Source of the DNA: a virus
Taxonomy: Duplodnaviria > Caudoviricetes
Virus record (IMG/VR): IMGVR_UViG_3300020282_000006
Coordinates: 1 to 44,725 of that record
Reading direction: 5' to 3' (one strand)
DNA: 44,725 nucleotides
Positions within the stretch are counted from its first letter, which is position 1; each line of letters starts with the position of its first letter. The position numbers were made by a program, and so were the translations under genes. Of the stretch, positions 8,416 to 18,065 are shown piece after piece. The notes below the pieces were generated by a model. The model was not told where the DNA came from and searched no databases. It worked only from the letters and a program-made list of their open reading frames with translations.

Positions 8416-9880
8416 TGCCTAACTCTATGTTGTGTATCTCATAATCAAAGTCTTCACCGCTGTATATATTTATCCTTTCTCTAAAATGTGCTAACGTATA
8501 ATTCTCATTGTTATTATATGTTAAATCATCTGCGACATCATAAAGAGTAGCGTGTGAATTATTATCTTTTAGCCTTAAACCACGACCAATTGATTGTAAG
8601 TTTCTTATCCTGGATTTACTAGGACTAGCAAAAATAATGTTATGCAAATTCCTAATGTTAATGCCGGTAGAGAAAGTCCCATAACTCGCAACGATAATAG
8701 CGTTGTCAGACTTTTCTGTAAGCTCTCTAATAGTTTCCCTTCTTGAGGCGTCAACTCCGCCATAGACGAAAGACACTTGTTTATCTTTTGCCTTATCTTT
8801 AATAGCTTCATACAAATCCTTTCCGTGTTTTTCTACGTATTGAAACAAACATAGTGTATTGCCACTTAAACCAGCGGCCAAGTTTCTAATATACTTATTT
8901 CTTTTTTCGTTAGATACTATAAAGTCCATTTCTTCTTGATATGTTTTACCTTTAATGAATTCTCTTTCCTGTTTACCGTGTTGTAAGACCAAACAGAATA
9001 TCTTGAGCTCAGCTAGTTTTCCTTTCTCCTGAAGTTCCGTTGTGGTTACTACTTTATTTACAGCACCGAATAGACCCTCTAATACAAGTTTATGTGTTTT
9101 TGTACCATCTAAAGTACCTGTCATACCAATTTTATATGGGCATTTTACCATCTTTGTCAATATCTTTGTTAGTGATACTGCCTTAAATAAATGTGCCTCG
9201 TCACCAATAATCATTTCAAATTGTGAAAACCATTTTTTAGGCATATTGTATATTGATTGCCAAGTAGATATTATAACTCTCTTGTTTGTTTCTTTTCCGT
9301 GGCCTTGATATATTCTATGTACATTTTTTTCAGGCGACCAACCATAGTCTTTAAAATCTTTATACAATTGTTCTACTAATGATGTTGTGGGTACTATTAC
9401 TAATATCTTTTTATCTAATCTTAATAAATTAAATCTTACTAATAGATATGTAATTAATGATTTACCAGAGGCTGTTGGCGATAATAATAAACACCTATTT
9501 TTTTTAGTTGCATATATAAATGCTTCTTTTTGGTAATCTCTAACTTCTAATGGTATTTTTAATGCCTTGATAAAGGCGTCAACCTTACTATCTTCAACTT
9601 TAGTATCTGTAATCTTGGTGCCATCAACAACTTCTACCTCGTTATCAGCACACCATTTTAGTAAGTAAGGATAAAGGCCAACATATATTTGACCTGTTTG
9701 ATATGAGAATAATCTTATCTTGCCGTCCCAAACTCTATTTCTGTATTGAGGCATAAACTTAAAACCTGGTACTTCAAAGGTAAAGAATTCACCAAGGTCT
9801 CTACGAATACTCTCGTCTGCGTCAATCTTTAAATATACGTCATCTTTCTTGTCTATGACAAGATATCTTAAATTGTTCAT
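8399..9880 (-). CDS. uvsW: RNA-DNA/DNA-DNA helicase UvsW
   Basis: WDGKIRLF, SPTASGKS, DEAH, LQSIGRGLR. Confidence 0.96.
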   Translation of the reverse strand: MNNLRYLVIDKKDDVYLKIDADESIRRDLGEFFTFEVPGFKFMPQYRNRVWDGKIRLFSYQTGQIYVGLYPYLLKWCADNEVEVVDGTKITDTKVEDSKVDAFIKALKIPLEVRDYQKEAFIYATKKNRCLLLSPTASGKSLITYLLVRFNLLRLDKKILVIVPTTSLVEQLYKDFKDYGWSPEKNVHRIYQGHGKETNKRVIISTWQSIYNMPKKWFSQFEMIIGDEAHLFKAVSLTKILTKMVKCPYKIGMTGTLDGTKTHKLVLEGLFGAVNKVVTTTELQEKGKLAELKIFCLVLQHGKQEREFIKGKTYQEEMDFIVSNEKRNKYIRNLAAGLSGNTLCLFQYVEKHGKDLYEAIKDKAKDKQVSFVYGGVDASRRETIRELTEKSDNAIIVASYGTFSTGINIRNLHNIIFASPSKSRIRNLQSIGRGLRLKDNNSHATLYDVADDLTYNNNENYTLAHFRERINIYSGEDFDYEIHNIELGNAPRD

Positions 9881-10308
9881 TAAATAGCGCCGCTAGTAAA
9901 CTTACGCCACTCAATCGCATTTTTTATTGTAAAGGTTCTATTTGATATTTGCCTAATAGTTCTATCTAAAAAATCGGTTGTAGTTTGTAAGTATTCAACT
10001 TTATGTTTTGCACGTTGTATCTCTTCATCTGACTCTAGATATTTGTCAACGTCTTGTTTTAAAATTTTTAAGTTAAATGGTTTTAATGCATAAACAGAGG
10101 CGTCAGCCTTACCTGTATAATACTCCCACTTTTGTCTTTTTAATGTATGCAATTCTGACTCTGCCTTACTCAACATCAACTTAAATGTTGTTAAGTGTTT
10201 CATATATTTGTTGTGTAATTGTGGTGTTTTTAAAGATTCTAAATCTAATTCAGTCTCGTTTAATTTTAAATCTTTATCAACTTGTTCTTGTAGTTTTTCT
10301 AAATCCAT
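9880..10308 (-). CDS. uvsY: Recombination mediator UvsY
   Basis: LDLESLKTPQLHNKY, KWEYYTGK, IKNAIEWRKF. Confidence 0.93.
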   Translation of the reverse strand: MDLEKLQEQVDKDLKLNETELDLESLKTPQLHNKYMKHLTTFKLMLSKAESELHTLKRQKWEYYTGKADASVYALKPFNLKILKQDVDKYLESDEEIQRAKHKVEYLQTTTDFLDRTIRQISNRTFTIKNAIEWRKFTSGAI

Positions 10309-10317
10309 AATGTATAT

Positions 10318-10346
10318 AATGTATCATATTCACACTAAAATGTAAA
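10318..10346 (-). promoter_or_regulatory. sigma70-type promoter of uvsY
   Basis: TTTACA-17 nt-TACATT with extended -10 TGn. Confidence 0.6.
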
Positions 10347-10348
10347 GT

Positions 10349-10975
10349 TTAGGATACTATTGTTGTAGCTTTTGAAGCGCCTTTATTAGCGAATTCGTAT
10401 AGTTTATATTGAAAGGTTACCGAGGCTGTTAGATAGTCAACATCACCTGCATTTTGACTAAAATTAAGACCAGTTAATGACACCGGAAATACATCACTAA
10501 ATCTTACCTCTACGTTAGGTGTATTCTTACTTGTCAATATATTTAATGTTGCGTCTGATAATGCTGGTCCTAGTGGTGTGGCACCAAACTTAACCTTACC
10601 TGCGTCTGTTGTTTTTGCGTCTTTTCCGTCAGTAGGAAATCTGTCTTTACCTGACTCTACCAGTTTTCTAAATTGTTCTCTGTCTGCTGGAAAGTTTAGA
10701 CCTTGCAACCAACCAGCAATCTCACGGAAGTTTTCTATATTTTCATCAACTAAAAATGTCATTTCTAAAGGCTCATAACTTAACTTTTCACCAGGTAAAG
10801 GTATATCTCTTAATGGTGTTGGTTGTGTTGTTGCTGTGGCGTTTAGACCTGGTAGATTTACTGCTGTACAAAAGTATTCAACCTTTGGCAGTTTTGTAAT
10901 CTGAAACTTAAACTGCGTTGGCGAAGCTAAATCTAGTTTAGTTGGTTGTCGTGATAATGCGTTTGTAGTTGTCAT
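10349..10975 (-). CDS. gp3: Tail completion / tail tube terminator
   Basis: SPTQFKF..KLPKVEYFC..VNLPG and FLVDEN..NF.EI.GWL; located after gp23. Confidence 0.85.
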   Translation of the reverse strand: MTTTNALSRQPTKLDLASPTQFKFQITKLPKVEYFCTAVNLPGLNATATTQPTPLRDIPLPGEKLSYEPLEMTFLVDENIENFREIAGWLQGLNFPADREQFRKLVESGKDRFPTDGKDAKTTDAGKVKFGATPLGPALSDATLNILTSKNTPNVEVRFSDVFPVSLTGLNFSQNAGDVDYLTASVTFQYKLYEFANKGASKATTIVS

Positions 10976-10980
10976 ACTAC

Positions 10981-10988
10981 TATTTAGG
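10981..10988 (-). promoter_or_regulatory. Variant late promoter (CCTAAATA) for gp3
   Basis: CTAAATA 5 nt upstream of ATG, just past the gp23 terminator. Confidence 0.5.
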
Positions 10989-11002
10989 CGTTTCGGAAGG
11001 CC

Positions 11003-11034
11003 AAAAAAAAGGGCGACTAAAAGCCGCCCTTTTC
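11003..11034 (-). terminator. Rho-independent terminator after gp23
   Basis: AAAAGGGCGGC-TTTTA-GTCGCCC-TTTTTTTT on the minus strand. Confidence 0.9.
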
Positions 11035-11060
11035 TGAAGTTTGTACTTCGTAAAGTAAAA

Positions 11061-12398
11061 TTACATTAAGTTTGCAACTTGTACTTTTTGGTAGTATCTG
11101 TTAGAGTTAGCAGAACCAGCGTCATTTACTGCTGTAGCAGCACCTGAAATCGCACCAGTTTCAGCGAATGGGTTTGCAATTAAACCGTATCGTGTTTTGA
11201 AACCGATTTTTGGTTGGAATGTATCTTGACCAACAGCTCTAACCATTTGTAGAGGTACATATGGACAATAGAACATACCAGCGTCATAAGGTGAAGTACC
11301 TTTATAACCTACTACATAGTATTGCTTAGCAGCACTATTAGCAGAGTATGGGTCAATATATACTTTGTATCTACCGTTAAGAACACCAGCAAAAGTATTA
11401 CCTGTGTCATCAACGTTTAGGTTGTTGTTAAGAGCTGGAGTATAGTCTAATACACCTGCCATTTGAAGAGCAGAGGCAACGTCTGATGAACAGATTATCA
11501 TATTACCTTTTCCTCTTCTTGTTCTCTGAGCGATTCTGTTTGCGTCTCTTTCCAATTGGAACATAAGACCTTTGAATCTCTCAACTGACCATCTACCATT
11601 TGAGTCTGTGTCTAAATCAAATATACCAGCAGTTGTTGTATTTACAGCAGCACCTTTTTCAGCGTTGATGTAGATAGTTCTTACTACTTCTCTATTGATT
11701 TCTGCAAGAATCTCAGCAGATAAAATGTTAGCAAGTTCAGTTTCAGCGTCTAAACCGTGGATTGCTTTAAGGTCTTGAGCGAGTTCCATTGTGTACTCTG
11801 CTTTAAGAGCTCTTGACTTAGCAGTTACCGTTGACTTCTCAATTGAGAATGCCATTTCAGCAAATGCATTTCCACTAGCGTCACCTAATGCTTCAGCAGC
11901 CGCTGTAGTCATAGCAGTACCTTTTGTGTAAGTACCTGGTGAGCTATCGTTTAGTACAGCTGGGTTAGCACCTGAATGTGCTGTTGATGAATAACCATCA
12001 ACACTTGAACCAGCAGCGTTTCTACCAGAGAAGTCTGAATCTGCTTCGTCAAACATTGCTTCTGCGCCTGTTTGTGAAGTGTATCTGCTTCTCATAGCAA
12101 ATATAAGACCAGTTGGACCGGTCATTGGTTGAACACCTGCGATATCGTAAGCAATTAAATTAGGCATTGCTCTTCTTACCAAACTAATTAGGATTGGATC
12201 CCAGTTAGAGATTGCTGAACCAGTTGCGTTTGTTGGTGCAGCTTCTGATAAGAAAGCAGCGTCTTCTTTAGAAGCTCTTTCTTGGTTTTCCAAGATAACA
12301 GAGGTGACGGCACGTCTGTATGAGTCCGTGATTTTTGGTAAATCAGGATGCTCAAGGACTGGCTGCCATTTTTTTTCGTGAGTTTCGGATAAGTACAT
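11061..12398 (-). CDS. gp23: Major capsid protein
   Basis: GVQPMTGPTGLIFAMR, KSRALKAEYT.ELAQDLKAIHGLDAE, FQPKIGFKTRYG. Confidence 0.98.
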   Translation of the reverse strand: MYLSETHEKKWQPVLEHPDLPKITDSYRRAVTSVILENQERASKEDAAFLSEAAPTNATGSAISNWDPILISLVRRAMPNLIAYDIAGVQPMTGPTGLIFAMRSRYTSQTGAEAMFDEADSDFSGRNAAGSSVDGYSSTAHSGANPAVLNDSSPGTYTKGTAMTTAAAEALGDASGNAFAEMAFSIEKSTVTAKSRALKAEYTMELAQDLKAIHGLDAETELANILSAEILAEINREVVRTIYINAEKGAAVNTTTAGIFDLDTDSNGRWSVERFKGLMFQLERDANRIAQRTRRGKGNMIICSSDVASALQMAGVLDYTPALNNNLNVDDTGNTFAGVLNGRYKVYIDPYSANSAAKQYYVVGYKGTSPYDAGMFYCPYVPLQMVRAVGQDTFQPKIGFKTRYGLIANPFAETGAISGAATAVNDAGSANSNRYYQKVQVANLM

Positions 12399-12424
12399 TG
12401 TTTATTTCTCCCTTTTCCCTATTA

Positions 12425-13645
12425 TTAAGATATTTTAATATCTTTTGTTTTGCTTATAGCGGCAGTGTAAGCAGCCATTGCTTTTGATAAATCTTCGTTA
12501 GAAGGTTGACCATCAGCCGCCACATCATCTAAAGCCTCATCTTTTGATTCTTTTTTTCCAAAGTATGACTCTTTAATAGTTTCACACTTTTTCTTAAAAT
12601 CTTCGCTAGTTGAGTATTCAATTTCTTCAGCAAGTTTAGCAAATTTTTCTTTTTGAGTGTCCGCTAAATCAGCAGCAACTTCAGCCATAACTTCGTTTTT
12701 AGTTTTGTCTGCGTTGTCTTTGTTTAGTTCAACATTCTTTTCAATTTGCTCGTTTAACTTTTTCTCAAGGTCGTCAATTTTAGTTGCTTGCGCTTCTAAA
12801 ACATCATACTTCTCATCTGGAACATCAATATAATGTTCAGAGAAAAGTTTTTTAAGACCTGAAATAAAGTCTTCAGCAATCTCGCCTTTAATGCCTCTTT
12901 CAAGAGCGATTTCGTTTTCTTTCATCCACTCTTCAACGACATATGACAAGTAAGAATCAACTTTTTCAGTTAACTCTTCTTTTGCTTTTGCACTTTCTTG
13001 CTCTAATTTGTTGTTGTAATCTGCTTCCATTGTCTCAGCAATTTCACCAACTTTTGATTTAATTGCAGCTTCAAAAACGGTAGCAGCTTTTGTTTTAAAT
13101 TCTTCGGATAAATCATTTTCTCCAGATACAAGAGCTTCAACGTGTGTTGATACGTCAATGTCTTCTTTTTTATATGACGCTTTCATCATTGGTTTTTTCT
13201 CCATATCTTTTTGAGCAGTCATACCACCCGCCATTTCTTTCTTCTCTTTATCTTTTTCAGATTTAGTCATCATCATTTCTTTTTTGTCCTGATGTTTTTT
13301 AAGAGCGTCAAGAGCAGCTTTTGGCATTTCTCCCTCTTTGATTTCTTCCGAACCTTCTTCAGCTGTTTCTTCTTGCTCTTTTAGTTTTGGCATAGGGTCA
13401 GCTGCGCCAGCACTTTTTTGTTGAGCATCGCCAGAAACTTGCTTAGTTTTCTTCGTAGCGTCTGGATTAGAATCTGTTGGTTTTACAACCGCTGGACCTA
13501 AATCTTCTGCGTTATTCATTTTCGCAATATGAGAAGGTTCAGCCGCAACAGCATTCTTTTTCGGAGCGTCCGCTTGTGGGTTAGCACTTGCTTCAGCAAC
13601 CGCTTCTTTTTCCAAAGCCTCTACTTTATTTTCTGTCTCGGCCAT
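12425..13645 (-). CDS. gp22: Prohead core scaffold protein
   Basis: LSEEFKTKAATVFEAA and YLSYVVEEWMKEN; acidic coiled coil; upstream of gp23. Confidence 0.92.
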   Translation of the reverse strand: MAETENKVEALEKEAVAEASANPQADAPKKNAVAAEPSHIAKMNNAEDLGPAVVKPTDSNPDATKKTKQVSGDAQQKSAGAADPMPKLKEQEETAEEGSEEIKEGEMPKAALDALKKHQDKKEMMMTKSEKDKEKKEMAGGMTAQKDMEKKPMMKASYKKEDIDVSTHVEALVSGENDLSEEFKTKAATVFEAAIKSKVGEIAETMEADYNNKLEQESAKAKEELTEKVDSYLSYVVEEWMKENEIALERGIKGEIAEDFISGLKKLFSEHYIDVPDEKYDVLEAQATKIDDLEKKLNEQIEKNVELNKDNADKTKNEVMAEVAADLADTQKEKFAKLAEEIEYSTSEDFKKKCETIKESYFGKKESKDEALDDVAADGQPSNEDLSKAMAAYTAAISKTKDIKIS

Positions 13646-13694
13646 TTAGAAATCTCCTTATTAAAAATAAACGTTTATTTTTCTTTTCTAATGA

Positions 13695-13702
13695 TATTTA
13701 TA
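13695..13702 (-). promoter_or_regulatory. T4-type late promoter (gp22-gp23)
   Basis: TATAAATA. Confidence 0.85.
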
Positions 13703-13705
13703 ATA

Positions 13706-14350
13706 TTAGAGCTTTTTAAGAAAGTTTTTAAAGACTTCCACCTTGGCTTCCGCCAATTTGATAGACTTTGCTTTGTTAATATACTCTTTATATTCTTCAA
13801 TATCTCTTTGTTTTATTACACCATTGTCCCATACCCACTCTTTATTCTCCATAATACCCTCTACGAAAGCGTCTGGAGCGCTTGGGTCTGCAACAATGTC
13901 AGCAGCGGTAGCTAAATAGAAGTCTTTTCCTACATAGTTTGCGCCGTTCTTTTGAACCAAGGAACCCATACCTCTTGAAGATACTCCTAATTGAGCGCCT
14001 TCATCAATAAGATTTTTTACAATCTTACCGTAAGGTGTGTTCATAATCTTGGCTTCACCCATAAAATTTTTACCATCTGGAGATAGATTAGTTACCATAT
14101 GTGATACCCTCTCTAAATTTACAACCGGACCATCTGGATGGCCTAGTTCACCGAATGCTCTATTTTTTTGGATAAATTCTCTGTTATATCGGTTTACTTC
14201 TTTAGCAAGAATATCATTCTCGTATATTCTGCCATTTCTATTTTTGATATCTGATTGCAAAAAGACACCACGTATCTTGTAGTCTTTCTTGCCGTTTTTC
14301 TCTTCCACAATATATTCTGCTTGTGAAATTTCTTCCGATATTAGTTTCAT
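13706..14350 (-). CDS. gp21: Prohead protease
   Basis: NRNGRIY, GELGHP, GVSSRGMGS, DIVADPSAPDA. Confidence 0.96.
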   Translation of the reverse strand: MKLISEEISQAEYIVEEKNGKKDYKIRGVFLQSDIKNRNGRIYENDILAKEVNRYNREFIQKNRAFGELGHPDGPVVNLERVSHMVTNLSPDGKNFMGEAKIMNTPYGKIVKNLIDEGAQLGVSSRGMGSLVQKNGANYVGKDFYLATAADIVADPSAPDAFVEGIMENKEWVWDNGVIKQRDIEEYKEYINKAKSIKLAEAKVEVFKNFLKKL

Positions 14351-14367
14351 TTGTTTTCTCTCTCTAC

Positions 14368-14375
14368 TATTTATA
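14368..14375 (-). promoter_or_regulatory. T4-type late promoter (gp21)
   Basis: TATAAATA. Confidence 0.85.
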
Positions 14376-14382
14376 ACAAATT

Positions 14383-14775
14383 TTATCTAAACTCTGCAAT
14401 AATCGTGTAATTATCGCCTATAGCAAAGTTTTTAGTTGACAATAATAAGTCTCCAGTAGGTGTAGTTGCGTTATTAACTATCTCATTACCAGCAGTTCTT
14501 AAATCCCAATATCCATTACCACCTAATATGGTCGCTGTTGCATTTGTAGCTCCGTCCCATACTAACTCAACTGCTGATTTAGAATTAGCACTATTTACTG
14601 AATACCAAATCTTAGCTAACTTTCTATTACCATCTTCGGTCATAAAGTTGACCTCTGAAGCGTCTATCTTTTTAACTAAATTCTCGCCTGTGCCATCTGA
14701 AAAGTTAGTTAACTTAACGACAAACTTTACGCCTACCGTATCTGCTATTGTTTGTGTTGTTACCGTATCTGCCAT
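14383..14775 (-). CDS. Hypothetical beta-rich virion protein in the head module
   Basis: ORF with AAGGA SD; looks paralogous to the neighbouring ORF. Confidence 0.7.
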   Translation of the reverse strand: MADTVTTQTIADTVGVKFVVKLTNFSDGTGENLVKKIDASEVNFMTEDGNRKLAKIWYSVNSANSKSAVELVWDGATNATATILGGNGYWDLRTAGNEIVNNATTPTGDLLLSTKNFAIGDNYTIIAEFR

Positions 14776-14784
14776 TTTTAATCC

Positions 14785-15183
14785 TTATGCACTAAATCCT
14801 GTTTCTTTATGACACTCTAAACTAATATTAAACTTTGGCACGTTAGAGTCCGAAGTTAATAATACATCTTGTTCAGCGTCTTTCACCAACTTAATTTCAG
14901 TTGGTTTTAAACCATAATTTCCTCTGCCTGATAAAGTTAACATCAAGTTATCTTTATTACCTAAAAATAATTTAACTTCACCTGTGCCAAATATTTCATA
15001 ATTAACATTTGCAATACTAATCTTTGGTTGACTAGTTGCATTTTTTAAATCTGATACTTTGACAATTGTATTATCTTCATCTTTAATACCCTTGACATTT
15101 GTAATCACTTTTATTGTATCATCTACTTTATGAACAATAGATTTTGATTCAGTATCAGTATTATCAAACCAAAGAACAGCCAT
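14785..15183 (-). CDS. Hypothetical beta-rich protein, probable paralog of 14383..14775
   Basis: Shared pattern L.G.G.(Y/W).L ... D.LL(S/T) ... I..E. Confidence 0.7.
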   Translation of the reverse strand: MAVLWFDNTDTESKSIVHKVDDTIKVITNVKGIKDEDNTIVKVSDLKNATSQPKISIANVNYEIFGTGEVKLFLGNKDNLMLTLSGRGNYGLKPTEIKLVKDAEQDVLLTSDSNVPKFNISLECHKETGFSA

Positions 15184-15419
15184 TATTGTTCATCATAATA
15201 AGTTTTAGAAAGTTCGCCACGTTCAACCGTTTCGCCTTTCTTTCTACATCTAATATAAACTTTTGTTACCTTACCAGTTCCAGGTGCCGTATAAGTTCTA
15301 ATACCATTTGCAATTACTGAATTAGCACCTGCAGCTGAATCAGAATACGTATTGGACGCCGTAGCTGTGTTGTCATATTCCCAAATATTATTTGAGCCTG
15401 GTACATCTACATATGCCAT
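15183..15419 (-). CDS. Hypothetical protein
   Basis: Tightly packed ORF with AGGAG SD. Confidence 0.7.
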   Translation of the reverse strand: MAYVDVPGSNNIWEYDNTATASNTYSDSAAGANSVIANGIRTYTAPGTGKVTKVYIRCRKKGETVERGELSKTYYDEQ

Positions 15420-15420
15420 C

Positions 15421-15648
15421 TTATACTCCTATTTCCTTTTCTATGTAATTATACATAACATCTGTTTTTACATTGTGTTTAAGAGAAACTTTATCTATTG
15501 TAGTTTCTACTTCTTTAACAATATCATCATTATCATAATCAACATTATTATAAAAATCTGTTACCACATCTTTATGTTTAGGTGGTAATTCTTTAAATGT
15601 TGAAGAGTCAACAACGTCTTGTTTAATTACTTGGCTGACTCTCATCAT
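15421..15648 (-). CDS. Hypothetical protein in the head module
   Basis: Packed ORF following the gp67-like gene. Confidence 0.65.
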   Translation of the reverse strand: MMRVSQVIKQDVVDSSTFKELPPKHKDVVTDFYNNVDYDNDDIVKEVETTIDKVSLKHNVKTDVMYNYIEKEIGV

Positions 15649-15940
15649 TTGTCGCTGGTGCCTCTGCCGTTGGCGCCTCTGTATTTGGCGTAAACTCTAT
15701 TTCTTGGCCACTTGTATCCATAATCTGGTCTGTCTTATCGCTAGGGTCAGTTACCGCTGGTTTAGGGTCGCTATGAGGTTCTGGTTGAACATCTGCAAAT
15801 ATTTTACTTGCAATATCTTGCCTTTGCGAATCTAAACTGGTAGCAACTTTATCTCTTAATGCGTCTTTAAAAGCTTCGCCTGCGCCAGCATTATCTCCTG
15901 CTGATAACTTATCAACAAAATCTTTAATTTTTTCCGACAT
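15623..15940 (-). CDS. gp67: Prohead core protein, gp67-like
   Basis: N-terminal helices (FVDKL..GD...A.EAF..AL..K....L...R.DIA..IF) plus acidic tail, directly after the portal gene. Confidence 0.65.
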   Translation of the reverse strand: MSEKIKDFVDKLSAGDNAGAGEAFKDALRDKVATSLDSQRQDIASKIFADVQPEPHSDPKPAVTDPSDKTDQIMDTSGQEIEFTPNTEAPTAEAPATNDESQPSN

Positions 15941-15951
15941 AATTTATTCTC

Positions 15952-17475
15952 CTATTTGATTTCTCTAGTAAAGTCATCACCACCAAAGCCTGTTGGTACT
16001 GATATTATACCGTCATCAATTTCTTTCTTAATTTGTTTATCAATATCTGCTATCTCTTTATCAGTTTGTCTTAATACATTCTTTCTGATAAATTCAACAG
16101 AATAGTATTTACCAACATAGTCTCTCATTGAATCTGCCAATCTCAATCTTTCCATTAACATTTCTGACTCTTTCAATTCTGCAAAGTGTCCATCTTGTAA
16201 GAAACTATATTGAATATCATCTTTTAATCTATGCCATTCTTGCTCTGCAATAACACCTTTTAAGATTAATTGAGTTCTTAATATATCATTAAATAATTCA
16301 GTAAATTTCTTTCTTAATCTTTGAACAAATTTAGTAAATTTCAATTCGTCTCTTGTTATTTCAGTTGAACGACCTAAATTAAATCCTGAAGAAGACTCTA
16401 ATCTACTTACAGGTACATTTAAAGAACGATATAACTTCGCTCTAAAATATTCTATGTCTGCAATCTCACCTAAATTTGCGCCGCCTGGTAAAGTATCAAT
16501 TTGTGTACCTCTACCACCCTCTCTACTTGGTAACCAGAAATCTTCCAACATAGACATATAGTTTCTGTCGTCTCTGATTTCACCTGTCGTTGCGTCATAA
16601 ACAAGTTTATTTCTATATCTTGCCATAACATCACGTAAGTATTGTTCAGCTTTAACTTTAGGTAAATTACCTACATCAATCTTAAAAATTCTTCTTTCAG
16701 GTGCTCTTGCTATTCTGTAAATAACTGAAGCGTCTTCTATCATACGCAACTGATTTACAGGCTTGATTGCCTTATGTAAATAAGATAGAACCAAATTTTT
16801 ATTTTGGTCTACAATACCAGACGGACAAAATGCTATTGCGTCTGTAGCAATCTTAATACCACCTGAAGTAGTATTAGATACACCTTTCTCGTTGTAGATA
16901 AAGTATTCTTCAAACTCATCAACAACCGTTAGACCATATGGTGTTGCACCATCAGGTCTTTTCTTTCTAATTTCTCTAATTTTTTTTACTTTTCTAGGGT
17001 CAATATATCTTAATTCTGTAATACCTTTTACTGGTGAATCTCTATCAATAACTTTATGATAATAGATTCTGCCGTCAACGTACCATCTTCTAAATAAGTC
17101 GTGACCTCTAGTATTGAAGTTCATCAACCTCAATATTTCATTAAATTCGTTATGTATTTTTGATTTTATTTCCTGTCCGTATGATACGTTCTCCAAATCA
17201 AGCTTGACAGGTTGTTTTAATTCATTAGCAACGATAGCCTCGTTTACAATATCCTCAACTGCCATATCACACTCGGGGTGTAAAGCAATTTCTCTATATC
17301 GTCTAATAAGTTCCTGCTCATTTTTAGCAGTACCTTCCATATCAAGGTACTGACCAAAATAACCACCAGCGGCGACGGTTTGTGTTCCGTCATCCGCTTG
17401 TGGTGTTGTAAAGCTTTGTTTTGGATCCTGGGGTTTTTTCGCCCTAGTGATAGAAAATCCAAATAATTGCGCCAT
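15952..17475 (-). CDS. gp20: Portal vertex protein
   Basis: FRRWYVDGR, IYRIARAPERRIFKIDVGNLP, EDFWLPSREGGRGT. Confidence 0.98.
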   Translation of the reverse strand: MAQLFGFSITRAKKPQDPKQSFTTPQADDGTQTVAAGGYFGQYLDMEGTAKNEQELIRRYREIALHPECDMAVEDIVNEAIVANELKQPVKLDLENVSYGQEIKSKIHNEFNEILRLMNFNTRGHDLFRRWYVDGRIYYHKVIDRDSPVKGITELRYIDPRKVKKIREIRKKRPDGATPYGLTVVDEFEEYFIYNEKGVSNTTSGGIKIATDAIAFCPSGIVDQNKNLVLSYLHKAIKPVNQLRMIEDASVIYRIARAPERRIFKIDVGNLPKVKAEQYLRDVMARYRNKLVYDATTGEIRDDRNYMSMLEDFWLPSREGGRGTQIDTLPGGANLGEIADIEYFRAKLYRSLNVPVSRLESSSGFNLGRSTEITRDELKFTKFVQRLRKKFTELFNDILRTQLILKGVIAEQEWHRLKDDIQYSFLQDGHFAELKESEMLMERLRLADSMRDYVGKYYSVEFIRKNVLRQTDKEIADIDKQIKKEIDDGIISVPTGFGGDDFTREIK

Positions 17476-17500
17476 TATATATCCTCTACGTTTTATTACC

Positions 17501-17508
17501 TATTTATA
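17501..17508 (-). promoter_or_regulatory. T4-type late promoter (gp20)
   Basis: TATAAATA. Confidence 0.85.
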
Positions 17509-17515
17509 CTACTTA

Positions 17516-18043
17516 TTAGGTAGTAGTATTGCTTTCAAAGAATTGGTAACCGAAAGTTACCTCAAACTCTTCAATAGCGTCATTTGTACCGTAGTCTAAT
17601 GGTATAGCAGCTATCGTTGTCGGAAATGCACCTCTTAAAGTGTACGACTTGATAGTTGCACCATTTCGGTCTAACTGGTCAACAAAAGCGTCAACTTGAT
17701 AGTCAGCTGGATTTGTTAATCCTTCGCCGTCTGTCATATTGTTAATACCATTTGACCATCTTTCAAAAGCGTTTCTTAATTTGAAATTTGTATCATTTAG
17801 TACCGTTATTGTCCAGTCTTCAAACGTTCTATCTCCAGCAATTTTTATTTGTCTGCCTCTGAATGGTACCGTAAATTGACCTAAAGTCATTGCCGGTAAT
17901 TGAGTGCCTTTACATAAAAATGCTAGCTCTTCTATTTCTCCGCCTACTTGAGCATAACCAGGAAAAGGCATTGTTACCTTAAACTGATTATTTCTAGCGC
18001 CGCCGCCAGCAAGTTTAGCTTTGAAGTCATTAATGTTTGCCAT
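17516..18043 (-). CDS. gp19: Tail tube protein
   Basis: GGGARNNQF, FRGRQIKIAGDRTFEDWTITV.ND. Confidence 0.95.
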   Translation of the reverse strand: MANINDFKAKLAGGGARNNQFKVTMPFPGYAQVGGEIEELAFLCKGTQLPAMTLGQFTVPFRGRQIKIAGDRTFEDWTITVLNDTNFKLRNAFERWSNGINNMTDGEGLTNPADYQVDAFVDQLDRNGATIKSYTLRGAFPTTIAAIPLDYGTNDAIEEFEVTFGYQFFESNTTT

Positions 18044-18065
18044 TTTTTATTCCTCTTTCCTAAAA

